A stretch of DNA of 64,000 nt from an uncultured Propionimicrobium sp. GTDB taxonomy: Bacteria; Actinomycetota; Actinomycetes; Propionibacteriales; Propionibacteriaceae. Under the pieces are notes generated by a model. It was not told where the DNA came from. It searched no databases and worked only from the letters and a program-made list of their open reading frames with translations. Shown piece by piece: positions 1 through 9,042 of the stretch; within the stretch, counting starts at the first letter, position 1; each line of letters starts with the position of its first letter. Both the position numbers and the translations under genes were made by a program. The stretch is taken from contig CAMIGX010000002.1 in the NCBI GenBank assembly GCA_946221385.1, positions 10,824-74,823 of the forward strand, written 5' to 3'.

Positions 1-889
1 CCAAGTCGCCAAGGAATGGGGATTGAGCCAAGAAATCACGTTGGTCGCCGGCCTCGGTGACGGCCAAGCTGCCGGCATCGGCGCGGCCGCTGTGCAGCCC
101 GACATCGCCTACCTCAACATGGGCACCGCAGTGGTCGCGGGCGTGCTCGCCAACGATTACGCCTACGGCCCGGTATATCGGACGCTGGCCGGTGGCATCC
201 CCGACACCTACGTTCTTGAAGTGCTGCAAAGCTCTGGGGCGTATCTATCGACTTGGTATCGCCGTGCGTTTGGCAATCCTGAGCTTCGTGGCCGGCCAGA
301 TCCCGAACTCGAGCGCGCTGCCGCTGATCGTGCCCCCGGCTCGGGCGGCTTGGTGACGCTGCCCTATTGGAACGCCGTCCAGTCGCCCTACTGGGATCCG
401 GATGCTCGCGGCGCGATCGTCGGCTGGCGCGGCACGCACGGCCGTGGCTCGATGTACCGCTCGATCCTGGAGGCGATCTGCTTGGAGATGGACCGCTCGT
501 TGCGTGGCCTGGAAGAAGCCACCGGCACCAAGCTGACCACCGTCCGCGCGATGGGTGGTGGCGTGCGCTCGCCGCTGTGGCGTCAGATCATGGCGGACGC
601 GACTGGTCTGCCAATCACCCCATGCCTGGAAGACGAAATCTCCGCGCTCGGTGCCGGCGTCTTGGCGATGGCTTCGACCGGCGTTTACGGCGACAAGTCG
701 ATCGCGACCGCCGCAGAACACATGGCTCGTTTCGGAGAGGTCACCGAGCCAAACATGGAGCTCAACAAGGTCTATCGCGAACTGGGCGAGATCCAAGGCA
801 AGCTCTACGACCAGCTCAAGGAGACCACCGACGCGCTGCAAGAGTTTGCATCTCGTCACCCAGACGCAGAAGTAGTGGAGGCTGAATGA
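1..889 (+). CDS. FGGY-family carbohydrate kinase, C-terminal portion (5' end lies outside the window)
   Basis: The ORF runs in from the window edge. The translation has FGGY C-terminal-domain character (xylulokinase/glycerol-kinase-like). Its stop overlaps the next gene's ATG (ATGA-type coupling). Confidence 0.65.
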   Translation, partial: QVAKEWGLSQEITLVAGLGDGQAAGIGAAAVQPDIAYLNMGTAVVAGVLANDYAYGPVYRTLAGGIPDTYVLEVLQSSGAYLSTWYRRAFGNPELRGRPDPELERAAADRAPGSGGLVTLPYWNAVQSPYWDPDARGAIVGWRGTHGRGSMYRSILEAICLEMDRSLRGLEEATGTKLTTVRAMGGGVRSPLWRQIMADATGLPITPCLEDEISALGAGVLAMASTGVYGDKSIATAAEHMARFGEVTEPNMELNKVYRELGEIQGKLYDQLKETTDALQEFASRHPDAEVVEAE

Positions 890-1950
890 CAATGAACCAA
901 ATCACAATCCTCGGCGCCGGAGCGATGGGCTCGGCGCTAGCCAACGCGATGGTGCGCGCCGGCTGGCAGACCCACCTGTGGGGTACCTGGCTGGACGACC
1001 ACCTCGTCGACGCGATCGAAGCCGGCCAGCCGCATCCCCGCATCGACGTCGTCATCGACTCCAAGGTGCGTACCTTCCGTTCCGATCAGCTAGCCGAAGC
1101 GATGGCAGGTTCGCAGGTCATCGCGTGCGCAGTGGCGTCAGTCGGCGTCCCGGAGGTCATCAAGCTGGCGCTAGACGGCATCAGCCAAGCTGATGCGCTG
1201 TGGCTCACCTCCAAAGGATTCCTGACCGCGCCAGACGGCAGCATTGAATTGCTGCCCGACGGCATCCGACGGATCGCTGCCGCTGAAGGCAAGCAGCTGC
1301 CCCCGATCGTGGCGATCGGCGGTCCGGTCAAGGCCAATGAGTGTGCTGCCGGCGAGCCGACGGCGACGATCTTCGCCTGCCGTGACTTTGAGGTGGCGAA
1401 GAAATATGCGCTCGCGGCACGTTCGGAAAGCTACTGCCCCGAAGCCAGCGATGACGAGATCGGTGTCGAGATCTGCGCGCCAATGAAGAATGTTTACGCC
1501 ATCATGCTGGGCATTCCCGATGGCCTGCACGAGTTGCGGCAACGGCCTCACCACAACCTCAAGTCGGCGACCTTCGCGCAATCCGTGCGCGAAATGTCGA
1601 TCCTCGGTCAGGCGCTGGGCGCCCGCCCAGAGACCGCATTCGGACTGGCTGGCGTCGGTGATCTCGAGGTGACGGGGCTGGCCGGGCGCAACAAGTTCTA
1701 TGGCGTGCGGATCGGCAAAGGCGAGGGTTCGCGTCAAGCGCTGCAGACGATGACCGAACTCGAGCAGACCGTCGAGGGCGAGCCGGCTGTCGGTTTGGCG
1801 GTGCAATTGGTCGACCAACTCGGTGAGGGGCTGGCCGATCAGCTGCCGCTGCTAGCGACCGCCCGCAAGATTATCCAAGACGACCCAGCCGACTATGAGG
1901 CGCTACTAGCTAAAGCAGTAATGCCCGCAGCACCCGAAAGGAATATCTAA
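886..1950 (+). CDS. NAD(P)H-dependent glycerol-3-phosphate dehydrogenase family protein (GpsA-like)
   Basis: N-terminal Rossmann motif ILGAGAMGSALA; central ...CAPMKNVYAIMLGIPDGL... typical of the GpsA family; GGAGG-like RBS upstream of the ATG. Confidence 0.6.
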   Translation: MTMNQITILGAGAMGSALANAMVRAGWQTHLWGTWLDDHLVDAIEAGQPHPRIDVVIDSKVRTFRSDQLAEAMAGSQVIACAVASVGVPEVIKLALDGISQADALWLTSKGFLTAPDGSIELLPDGIRRIAAAEGKQLPPIVAIGGPVKANECAAGEPTATIFACRDFEVAKKYALAARSESYCPEASDDEIGVEICAPMKNVYAIMLGIPDGLHELRQRPHHNLKSATFAQSVREMSILGQALGARPETAFGLAGVGDLEVTGLAGRNKFYGVRIGKGEGSRQALQTMTELEQTVEGEPAVGLAVQLVDQLGEGLADQLPLLATARKIIQDDPADYEALLAKAVMPAAPERNI

Positions 1951-2988
1951 ATGCGTGCATATATGTTCTACGGGCCCGGCGATCTGCGGCTCGAAGATAT
2001 CCCCGAGGAATCCGCCGGACCGGGCGAGATTCGCGTCGAAATCAAGGCCGCGGCGACCTGCGGCACGGATTTGAAATCCTATCGGCGTGGTCATCCGACG
2101 CTCTTCCCGACCCTGCCGGCACGTTTCGGACACGAGTTCGCCGGCATCATCACCGAAGTCGGCGAAGGAGTCGAGGGCTTCGAGGTCGGTCAGCGGGTCG
2201 TCGCAGCCAATACCGCCCCATGCGGACATTGCTGGGCATGCACGATCGGTCGCGAATCGCTGTGTGAGAATTTGCAATATCTCAATGGCGCTTTCGCTGA
2301 GCAGATCGTCATTCCTGAGGCCATCGTCAAGCGCAATACCTATGTGATTCCGGATTCGTTGGCCTTCGAAGCAGCAGCACCGCTCGAGCCGCTCTCTACG
2401 GTCGTGCACGGCATGCACGAGTCCGGCATTCAGCTAGGCGACACCGTCGTCATCAATGGCGCCGGACCGATCGGCCAGATGTATTTGAAACTAGCCCAGT
2501 TGCGCGGCGCGACGGTCGTCATCGCAGACCGTTCGGCGACTCGCTTGGAGCAGGCACGGCAGGCTGGAGCGGCCGTCACGGTCGACTTGACGGGTCTGGA
2601 GACGCCTCAGGAATGTGCAGACGAAATCAAGCCGCATACTCCTGGCGGGCGGGGCGCTGACGTCGCCATCGAGGCAGTCGGTCTACCGCAGGTCTGGGAG
2701 CAGACGGTATTGTGTCTGCGACCCGGCGGCACTGCAGTGTTGTTTGGTGGCACCCCGAAGGGCGCTCCGTTCTCGGTGAACTCGTCGGATATGCACTATC
2801 AGGAGTACACACTCAAGGGTGTCTATCACCACCAGCCGCGATTCGTGCAGGTTGCCGTAGAGTTGCTCAGCACCGGAAAATTCGACGGCATGAGCCTGTG
2901 CAGCGAGATCCGTCCACTCGAAGCATTGGTCGAATCGCTAGAGGATATGGCCGCCGGCAAGGGCTCGAAGTACATTCTGCGACCGTAA
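1951..2988 (+). CDS. Zn-dependent alcohol/polyol dehydrogenase (MDR superfamily)
   Basis: CGTDLKSY...GHEFAGIITEVG zinc-binding signature; GAGPIGQ NAD-binding motif; about 345 aa. Confidence 0.7.
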   Translation: MRAYMFYGPGDLRLEDIPEESAGPGEIRVEIKAAATCGTDLKSYRRGHPTLFPTLPARFGHEFAGIITEVGEGVEGFEVGQRVVAANTAPCGHCWACTIGRESLCENLQYLNGAFAEQIVIPEAIVKRNTYVIPDSLAFEAAAPLEPLSTVVHGMHESGIQLGDTVVINGAGPIGQMYLKLAQLRGATVVIADRSATRLEQARQAGAAVTVDLTGLETPQECADEIKPHTPGGRGADVAIEAVGLPQVWEQTVLCLRPGGTAVLFGGTPKGAPFSVNSSDMHYQEYTLKGVYHHQPRFVQVAVELLSTGKFDGMSLCSEIRPLEALVESLEDMAAGKGSKYILRP

Positions 2989-3017
2989 ACTGAGCCGAGG
3001 TCGCGCTAGGAGTTTCG

Positions 3018-3803
3018 ATGGCGAGCACGTCTGCCAAGCAACATCGGCATGAGCAGCTGATGGAAATCGTCTTTGAGCAAGGCGTCGTCAGAGTCGAGGA
3101 CCTCCAGCGCGACCTCGGCGTTTCCAATATGACCCTCTATCGGGACCTCGCAGAACTGGAATCCCGGCAAGTAATCAGCCGCAATCGCGGCGAGGTTTCC
3201 GCTATAGCTTCCTCACTATCGGAGACGTCATTTAGCTATCGGATGGCGAACGAGACTGCCGCCAAGACCTTGCTCGCGCCGTTGGCAGCTGATTTGGTCA
3301 AGCGCGGCGATTCGGTCATGGTCGACGATTCGACGACAGCGCACTTCGTCTTGACCGAGCTCGTTTCGCGCGGCCCCCTGACGTTGGTCACCAATGGCCT
3401 GGGCGCGATCGAATTAGCCCACGAAAATCCTGACTTGGACGTCATCATGTTGGGCGGACGCTATTCGCGCGCACTGCACGCCTATTACGGTCCTGCGACG
3501 ACAGCTGGGCTAGGACATCTGCAGCCCGACGTCGTGGTGATGGGAGCGGCAGCGATTCAAGACGGCATGGTCTTGCATCCCTATGAAGAAGTCGCAGAAT
3601 TCAAGCATTTGGCGTTGCGTCAATCCAAGTTCAAGATCTTGGTCGTCACCGCGTCGAAGTTTTCGCGTACCGCGCTCTATCGGGTCGCGCCACTGACCGA
3701 TTTTGACGTCATCGTCACCGATTTGCCCGCCCCGCAAGCAGATCTGGCAGCAGCGCGTGAGACGGGGGTTGAAATCCTGACCCCTAGCGTGGCGAATGTC
3801 TGA
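3018..3803 (+). CDS. DeoR/GlpR-family transcriptional regulator
   Basis: N-terminal HTH (...VRVEDLQRDLGVSNMTLYRDLAELE...) plus a DeoR C-terminal sugar-phosphate-binding domain. Confidence 0.75.
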   Translation: MASTSAKQHRHEQLMEIVFEQGVVRVEDLQRDLGVSNMTLYRDLAELESRQVISRNRGEVSAIASSLSETSFSYRMANETAAKTLLAPLAADLVKRGDSVMVDDSTTAHFVLTELVSRGPLTLVTNGLGAIELAHENPDLDVIMLGGRYSRALHAYYGPATTAGLGHLQPDVVVMGAAAIQDGMVLHPYEEVAEFKHLALRQSKFKILVVTASKFSRTALYRVAPLTDFDVIVTDLPAPQADLAAARETGVEILTPSVANV

Positions 3804-5610
3804 GATGCGCGGGCTGCGTCCGCACGACGCGGAACGCGTCAACCCCGCGGACCGAGCGCAACTGGACCGCAAACCCGTACCACCCAAGCGACTCTTGGCG
3901 CTGTTCAAGCCGCATGCGGGCACGATCACGCTGGTCATGGGGCTGATCGTCGTCTCATCGCTGGCCGGACTGGCGCAACCGTTCTTGGTTCGCGAAGTCA
4001 TTGACGTCGCGATCCCCGAACAGCGGACTGGCTTGCTGATCGGATTAGTCGTCGGCATGCTCGCGGTGACGATCGTCGCCCAATTGGTCGGCATCGCGCA
4101 GACCTGGCTCAGTTCGCGCACCGGTCAGCGCGTGATGCATTCGCTGCGCAGTGAAGTATTCGCCAATCTGCAGCGGCAATCCTTGGGATTTTTCACCCGC
4201 ACCCGTTCTGGCGAGGTGCAGTCGCGACTGATCAATGACGTTGCCGGCATGCAATCCATCGTGACGACGTCTGCGACTGCAATCGCGACGAACCTGACAA
4301 CAGCAATCGCTACTGCTATCGCGATGGTCGCTTTGAGTTGGCGGCTCAGCTTGCTGTCGTTGATCGTCTTGCCGCCTGCGATCTTGTTGACGCGCCGAGT
4401 CGCGCTGATTCGCCGCGACGTAACCGCTGAGCGACAAGCCACGATGGCTCAAATACATGGTGTCGTCGAAGAGACCTTGTCGGTCTCCGGGATGCGGTTG
4501 ACGAAGACCCTGGGCGCTCAAGAACGGGTGCAACGCCGCTTCGAAAAAATCTCTAGCCGATTGATCGATCTAGAATTGCGTTCCCAGTTAGCTGGGCGTT
4601 CGCGCATCGCGACGATGCAGATCATGGTCGGCGCGATCCCAGCGCTGGTCTATCTCGTCGCCGGCTGGCCAGGACTGACTCCTGGCATGACGATCGGCAC
4701 CTTGATCGCATTCACGACGCTGCAAAATCAGATCTTCCGTCCACTGCTGGGCTTGTTGAATATCGGCGCGCAGTGGGTCGCGTCGATGGCACTGTTCAGC
4801 CGGATTTTCGAATATCTGGACCTCGAACCAGAGATCCCTGAGCCGAGCGAGCCGGTCGCCATTGATCCAACGCAGGTGGTCGGTGAGGTGCGTTTCGAGG
4901 GCGTCAGCTTCGCCTATCCGGACTCCGCGGTCCCGGCTTTGACAGATATTGACCTGACCATCCCGGCGGGTCAGACTCTCGCAGTCGTCGGCGAGACCGG
5001 TTCGGGAAAATCGACGCTCGCTTCGCTGCTGGCCAGGCTAAATGATCCAAGCTCTGGGCGGATCTTGATTGACGGGATGGATCTGCGTCAAATATCAGCT
5101 AGCGACCGCGCCAAGTTGATCGGCATGGTCAGCCAGGAGACCTATCTGATGCATGACAGCGTCCGCGCCAATCTGCTGCTGGCTAGGCCGAACGCTAGCG
5201 AAGCGGAGCTGTGGACGGCGCTGCAGATCGCGCAAATTGACCATCTGATCGCCGATCTTCCAGACGGCCTAGAGACGCTGGTCGGCGCCCGCGGCTATCG
5301 CTTCAGCGGTGGCGAGCAGCAGCGCATCGCGATCGCGCGGACGATCCTGCGCAATCCCCCAATCTTGATCTTGGACGAGGCGACCAGCGCATTAGATAAC
5401 GAAACTGAACGCGAGGTGCAGGCGGCGCTTGACGCATTGGCCCAGCATCGCACGACGTTGACCATCGCTCACCGGCTGTCGACGGTGCGAAATGCCGAAT
5501 CCATCGCGGTGTTGGACGCTGGCCGCGTCGTCGAGCTTGGCGAGCACGAACAATTGCTAGCGGCCGGTGGTCGATACGCGCTACTCGCCCAACAATCAGT
5601 GGCCGACTAG
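3796..5610 (+). CDS. ABC transporter, fused transmembrane and ATP-binding domains (type I exporter half-transporter)
   Basis: Six predicted TM helices N-terminally; Walker A GETGSGKST, ABC signature LSGGEQQR, Walker B ILILDEATSALD. Confidence 0.8.
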   Translation: MSEMRGLRPHDAERVNPADRAQLDRKPVPPKRLLALFKPHAGTITLVMGLIVVSSLAGLAQPFLVREVIDVAIPEQRTGLLIGLVVGMLAVTIVAQLVGIAQTWLSSRTGQRVMHSLRSEVFANLQRQSLGFFTRTRSGEVQSRLINDVAGMQSIVTTSATAIATNLTTAIATAIAMVALSWRLSLLSLIVLPPAILLTRRVALIRRDVTAERQATMAQIHGVVEETLSVSGMRLTKTLGAQERVQRRFEKISSRLIDLELRSQLAGRSRIATMQIMVGAIPALVYLVAGWPGLTPGMTIGTLIAFTTLQNQIFRPLLGLLNIGAQWVASMALFSRIFEYLDLEPEIPEPSEPVAIDPTQVVGEVRFEGVSFAYPDSAVPALTDIDLTIPAGQTLAVVGETGSGKSTLASLLARLNDPSSGRILIDGMDLRQISASDRAKLIGMVSQETYLMHDSVRANLLLARPNASEAELWTALQIAQIDHLIADLPDGLETLVGARGYRFSGGEQQRIAIARTILRNPPILILDEATSALDNETEREVQAALDALAQHRTTLTIAHRLSTVRNAESIAVLDAGRVVELGEHEQLLAAGGRYALLAQQSVAD

Positions 5611-5649
5611 CCTTAAGAAATAAACCTTTGACAGTCCCAGGAGCCCAGC

Positions 5650-6435
5650 GTGGAAGTAATCATCGTTGACGACACCGAGCAGATCGGCCCGCTAGCTGCG
5701 CAATACATCGCAGCCCAAGTAACCAAGAAGCCTGACTCGGTCTTGGGTGTGGCTACCGGGTCTAGCCCGTTGAACATTTACGCAGACCTTGGTCGTCGCG
5801 TCGCTGCTGGTGAACTGAGCCTGGCGCAGTGCAGCGCCTTCATGCTGGATGAATACGTCGGGCTGCCCGCTGATCACCCAGAGCGATACCGCAATTTCAT
5901 TGACCGCGAGTTCGTCGCACGGGTGGATATTGAGCCGACAAATGTGCACGGCCCAGACGGCCTAGCCGACGACCTGTTCGCCGCCTGCGAGGAATATGAA
6001 GCCGCAATCAACGCTGCTGGCGGCGTCGACATTCAAATCTTGGGCGTCGGCACCGACGGCCACATCGCGTTCAATGAACCAGGCACTTCGCTGGCCGCCC
6101 GTACTCACATCGGCATCTTGACCGAGCAGACTCGGCGCGACAATGCCCGTTTCTTTGACGGCGACATCGACCAGGTGCCGCAGCTGTGCTTGACCCAGGG
6201 CGTCGGCACCATCTTGGCAGCCCGCCACCTGCTGCTGGTCGCCAACGGTGCAGCGAAAGCCGAAGCCATCGCGGCAATCGTCGAAGGACCCGTGACCTCG
6301 ATGTGGACCGGCTCGGCGCTGCAGCTACATCCGCAAGCCACGGTTATCGTCGACGAAGCCGCGGCCGGCCAACTGAAGCTGACCGACTATTACAAGCAGT
6401 GCTACGCGGCTAAGCCAGACTTCTTGCGTCCCTGA
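5650..6435 (+). CDS. nagB: glucosamine-6-phosphate deaminase
   Basis: The translation matches the NagB family throughout (...GVATGSSPLNIYADL..., FMLDEYVGLPADHPERY, DIQILGVGTDGHIAFNEPG). GTG start with a CAGGAG RBS. Confidence 0.85.
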   Translation: MEVIIVDDTEQIGPLAAQYIAAQVTKKPDSVLGVATGSSPLNIYADLGRRVAAGELSLAQCSAFMLDEYVGLPADHPERYRNFIDREFVARVDIEPTNVHGPDGLADDLFAACEEYEAAINAAGGVDIQILGVGTDGHIAFNEPGTSLAARTHIGILTEQTRRDNARFFDGDIDQVPQLCLTQGVGTILAARHLLLVANGAAKAEAIAAIVEGPVTSMWTGSALQLHPQATVIVDEAAAGQLKLTDYYKQCYAAKPDFLRP

Positions 6436-7140
6436 TTAGGCCGGCGCCTTGATGGCGTCGACGAACCAGCGCGTGATGCTGGTCGGATGGGTGATTGCGG
6501 TGCCGACGCACACAGCGAAGGCACCCATCTGCATCACCTTGGCGGCCTGCTCGAGATTGTGCACGCGTCCCTCGACGACCACCGGCGCCTGGACTGCGCC
6601 GATGACCTGCTCGATGACCTCATAATCGGGGCCGACCGTCTTGGGCCGTTCCCCGGAGTACCCCGCGAGCGTGGTGCCGATGATGTCAGCGCCACCCTGC
6701 TCGGCGGCCAGTGCGTCATCCAGCGAGCCGCAGTCAGCCATGACCAGCACATCCGGGAAACTCTGCTTGAGCCCAGCGACCGTATCAGCGAAGCTCAGTC
6801 CGTCTGGACGCGGTCGACGGGTGCCGTCCATCGCCACGATCTCGCAGCCCGTATTGGCGACCGCCAGCGCGTGTTGCAGCGTCGGGGTGATGAAGACGCC
6901 GTCGTCGCCGTCCTTCCAAATGCCGATGATCGGGACGGAAAGCAGCTGCCGGAATTCGACCAGATCAGCCAGGCCTTGACCGCGGACGGCGACCGCGCCG
7001 CCTTGCTCGCAGGCCAGCGCGATCTGGGCTAGCGTCCTGGGATCTCGCATCGGCTCGCCAGGATAGGCCTGCGCGGAGGCGATCAGGCCCCCGCGCATCC
7101 GATCTAGCACGGCATTCACTTGCCGACCTCCGCGCGCCAA
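6436..7140 (-). CDS. nanE: N-acetylmannosamine-6-phosphate 2-epimerase
   Basis: NanE-family TIM-barrel features (...GIWKDGDDGVFITPT..., ...CEIVAMDGT...). Convergent with nagB and in a nan gene neighbourhood. Confidence 0.7.
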   Translation of the reverse strand: MARGGRQVNAVLDRMRGGLIASAQAYPGEPMRDPRTLAQIALACEQGGAVAVRGQGLADLVEFRQLLSVPIIGIWKDGDDGVFITPTLQHALAVANTGCEIVAMDGTRRPRPDGLSFADTVAGLKQSFPDVLVMADCGSLDDALAAEQGGADIIGTTLAGYSGERPKTVGPDYEVIEQVIGAVQAPVVVEGRVHNLEQAAKVMQMGAFAVCVGTAITHPTSITRWFVDAIKAPA

Positions 7141-8045
7141 CGATCAACTGCCGCGTGAACACCGGCGATTGCCGTCTGATCCAGCGGCTGAATCGGCGAA
7201 GCCATGGTGGCGGTCGGCAAGTAGCCGAGGTAGGCCATGGCGGTCTTGAAACCGCCGACACCTGCTGCGTCACCAGAGCGTCCGGGCGCCTGGAAGGCGA
7301 TGTCCATCAAGTTGGTCAAGATGTCTTGAATTCGGGCGACGGCTGTCCAATCGCCAGCCTGACGGGCTCGCCACATCGCGACATAACCGTCCGGATCGAC
7401 ATTCGCCAGGCCGGGGACGATGCCGTCGGCGCCACCTAGCAGCGTGCCGTCGCAGACGATCTCGTGACCGGTGTAAAGCTTCAGCGGCGAACCTGCGGCC
7501 CGGTTGGCCAAGATCAGGCGACGGAAGCCGACGTCGTCACCCGAAGAGTCCTTGACGCCGACGATGGTGCCTTCTTGGCCGAGTTCGACCAAGGTGTTGA
7601 AACCCATCTTGTGGTGGGTGCGAACTGGCACGTCATAGGCCACCAGGGGCAGGTCGACGGCGTCTCGTACCAGACGGAATTGGTCAGCAATCTCAGCAGG
7701 TGAGTTGATCGCATAGAACGGTGCGGCGATGACCAACGCCGCGACGCCGGTGCCGACATAGTGCTTGGCCTGCTCGACCACGCGTTTGCCAGTGGTCTCG
7801 ATGCAGCCGACCAAGACGGGCACTCGCCCGGCGGCTTGGTCGAGGACGATGTCGACGATGCGATAGCGCTCGTCATTGGTCAGATAGGCGACCTCACCGG
7901 TCGAACCCATCGCAAATAGGCCGTCCACGCCCGCCGCGATCTGACGGTCGACCAGCTGCCGCAAGGCGGTCTCGTCGATTTGACCGTCAGGAGTGAAGGG
8001 GGTGACCAACGGGGGCAAAATGCCCGTCAAATTGAATTCAGCCAT
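7116..8045 (-). CDS. nanA: N-acetylneuraminate lyase / dihydrodipicolinate synthase-family aldolase
   Basis: DapA/NanA-family motifs (GILPPLVTPF, GSTGEVAYLT). Start chosen at MAEF (GGAG RBS 8 nt upstream) rather than the longer ORF. Context of nanE, ABC importer and GntR regulator. Confidence 0.7.
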   Translation of the reverse strand: MAEFNLTGILPPLVTPFTPDGQIDETALRQLVDRQIAAGVDGLFAMGSTGEVAYLTNDERYRIVDIVLDQAAGRVPVLVGCIETTGKRVVEQAKHYVGTGVAALVIAAPFYAINSPAEIADQFRLVRDAVDLPLVAYDVPVRTHHKMGFNTLVELGQEGTIVGVKDSSGDDVGFRRLILANRAAGSPLKLYTGHEIVCDGTLLGGADGIVPGLANVDPDGYVAMWRARQAGDWTAVARIQDILTNLMDIAFQAPGRSGDAAGVGGFKTAMAYLGYLPTATMASPIQPLDQTAIAGVHAAVDRWRAEVGK

Positions 8046-8067
8046 GGCTAATTTTCTCCAAATTTGA

Positions 8068-9042
8068 TTAAGCAGCGGTGCGAGTGGGATCAAGCAAGCT
8101 CGGCGTAGCAGCCAAGAGCTTCTTGGTATATGGGTCTTGCGGATCAGCGAAGATCTGCTCAGCCGGACCGGTTTCGACGATGTGGCCGAAATACATCACC
8201 ACGATACGGTCGGAAATGTAGCGCACCGTGTTGATGTCATGGCTGATGAAGACCATGCCCAAGCCGAGTTCTTGCTTCAGATCGGTGAGCAGGTTCAACA
8301 CCTGCGCGCGAACCGAAACGTCCAAGGCCGAAGTCGGCTCGTCAGCGACCATGATGTCGGGTGACAAGGTCAAGGCACGCGCGATCGCTACGCGTTGCCG
8401 CTGGCCACCAGAGATCTGCCGCGGCAGCACGTCCAGCGCCGATAGCGGCAAACCGACCATGCCGAGCAGTTCACGGACGCGCTGCTCACGTTCGTCTTCG
8501 GTACCGATCTTGTGCACATCGAGCGGGTCGATCAGTTGATCGTGCACCGTCATGCGTGGGTTCAAGGCGGTGGCGGGATCTTGGAAGACCACCGACACCG
8601 CTTTGCCGAGCTCGCGACGAGACTTCCTGTCGCGCTTGAGCTCTTGGCCATTGAACAAGACCTTTCCGCCGGTGGGCTGCTGCAAGCCGATCATCATGCG
8701 TGCCATCGTCGACTTGCCACAGCCTGATTCACCTACGATGCCGACGGTCTCACCGCGGCTGACGGAGAAGTTGACCTTATCGACGGCCCTGACCAGGTTC
8801 GGCTTGAAGAGCTTTCCGGTGCGGGCTTTGAAGGTCATCTCAATGTCTTGCAACTCCAAGACCGGCGTGCGATCTGGATAGTGCACGATGGCCGATTCAT
8901 TGCGTTCTTCGCGCGAAATTTCGCTGTCGTTTGTAGTCAGCGGAGCTTCGACGTGGAGGAATGCACTGTCCTTGACGTCTTGGCCAGGCTGCGCGTGGGC
9001 CTGCTCGCCACGCTTTGCAGGCTGCGGAACGTTAGTTGCCAT
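8068..9042 (-). CDS. ABC transporter ATP-binding protein (oligopeptide/DppF-type)
   Basis: Walker A GESGCGKST, signature ISGGQRQRVAIA, Walker B MVADEPTSALD, C-terminal oligopeptide-type extension. Confidence 0.8.
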   Translation of the reverse strand: MATNVPQPAKRGEQAHAQPGQDVKDSAFLHVEAPLTTNDSEISREERNESAIVHYPDRTPVLELQDIEMTFKARTGKLFKPNLVRAVDKVNFSVSRGETVGIVGESGCGKSTMARMMIGLQQPTGGKVLFNGQELKRDRKSRRELGKAVSVVFQDPATALNPRMTVHDQLIDPLDVHKIGTEDEREQRVRELLGMVGLPLSALDVLPRQISGGQRQRVAIARALTLSPDIMVADEPTSALDVSVRAQVLNLLTDLKQELGLGMVFISHDINTVRYISDRIVVMYFGHIVETGPAEQIFADPQDPYTKKLLAATPSLLDPTRTAA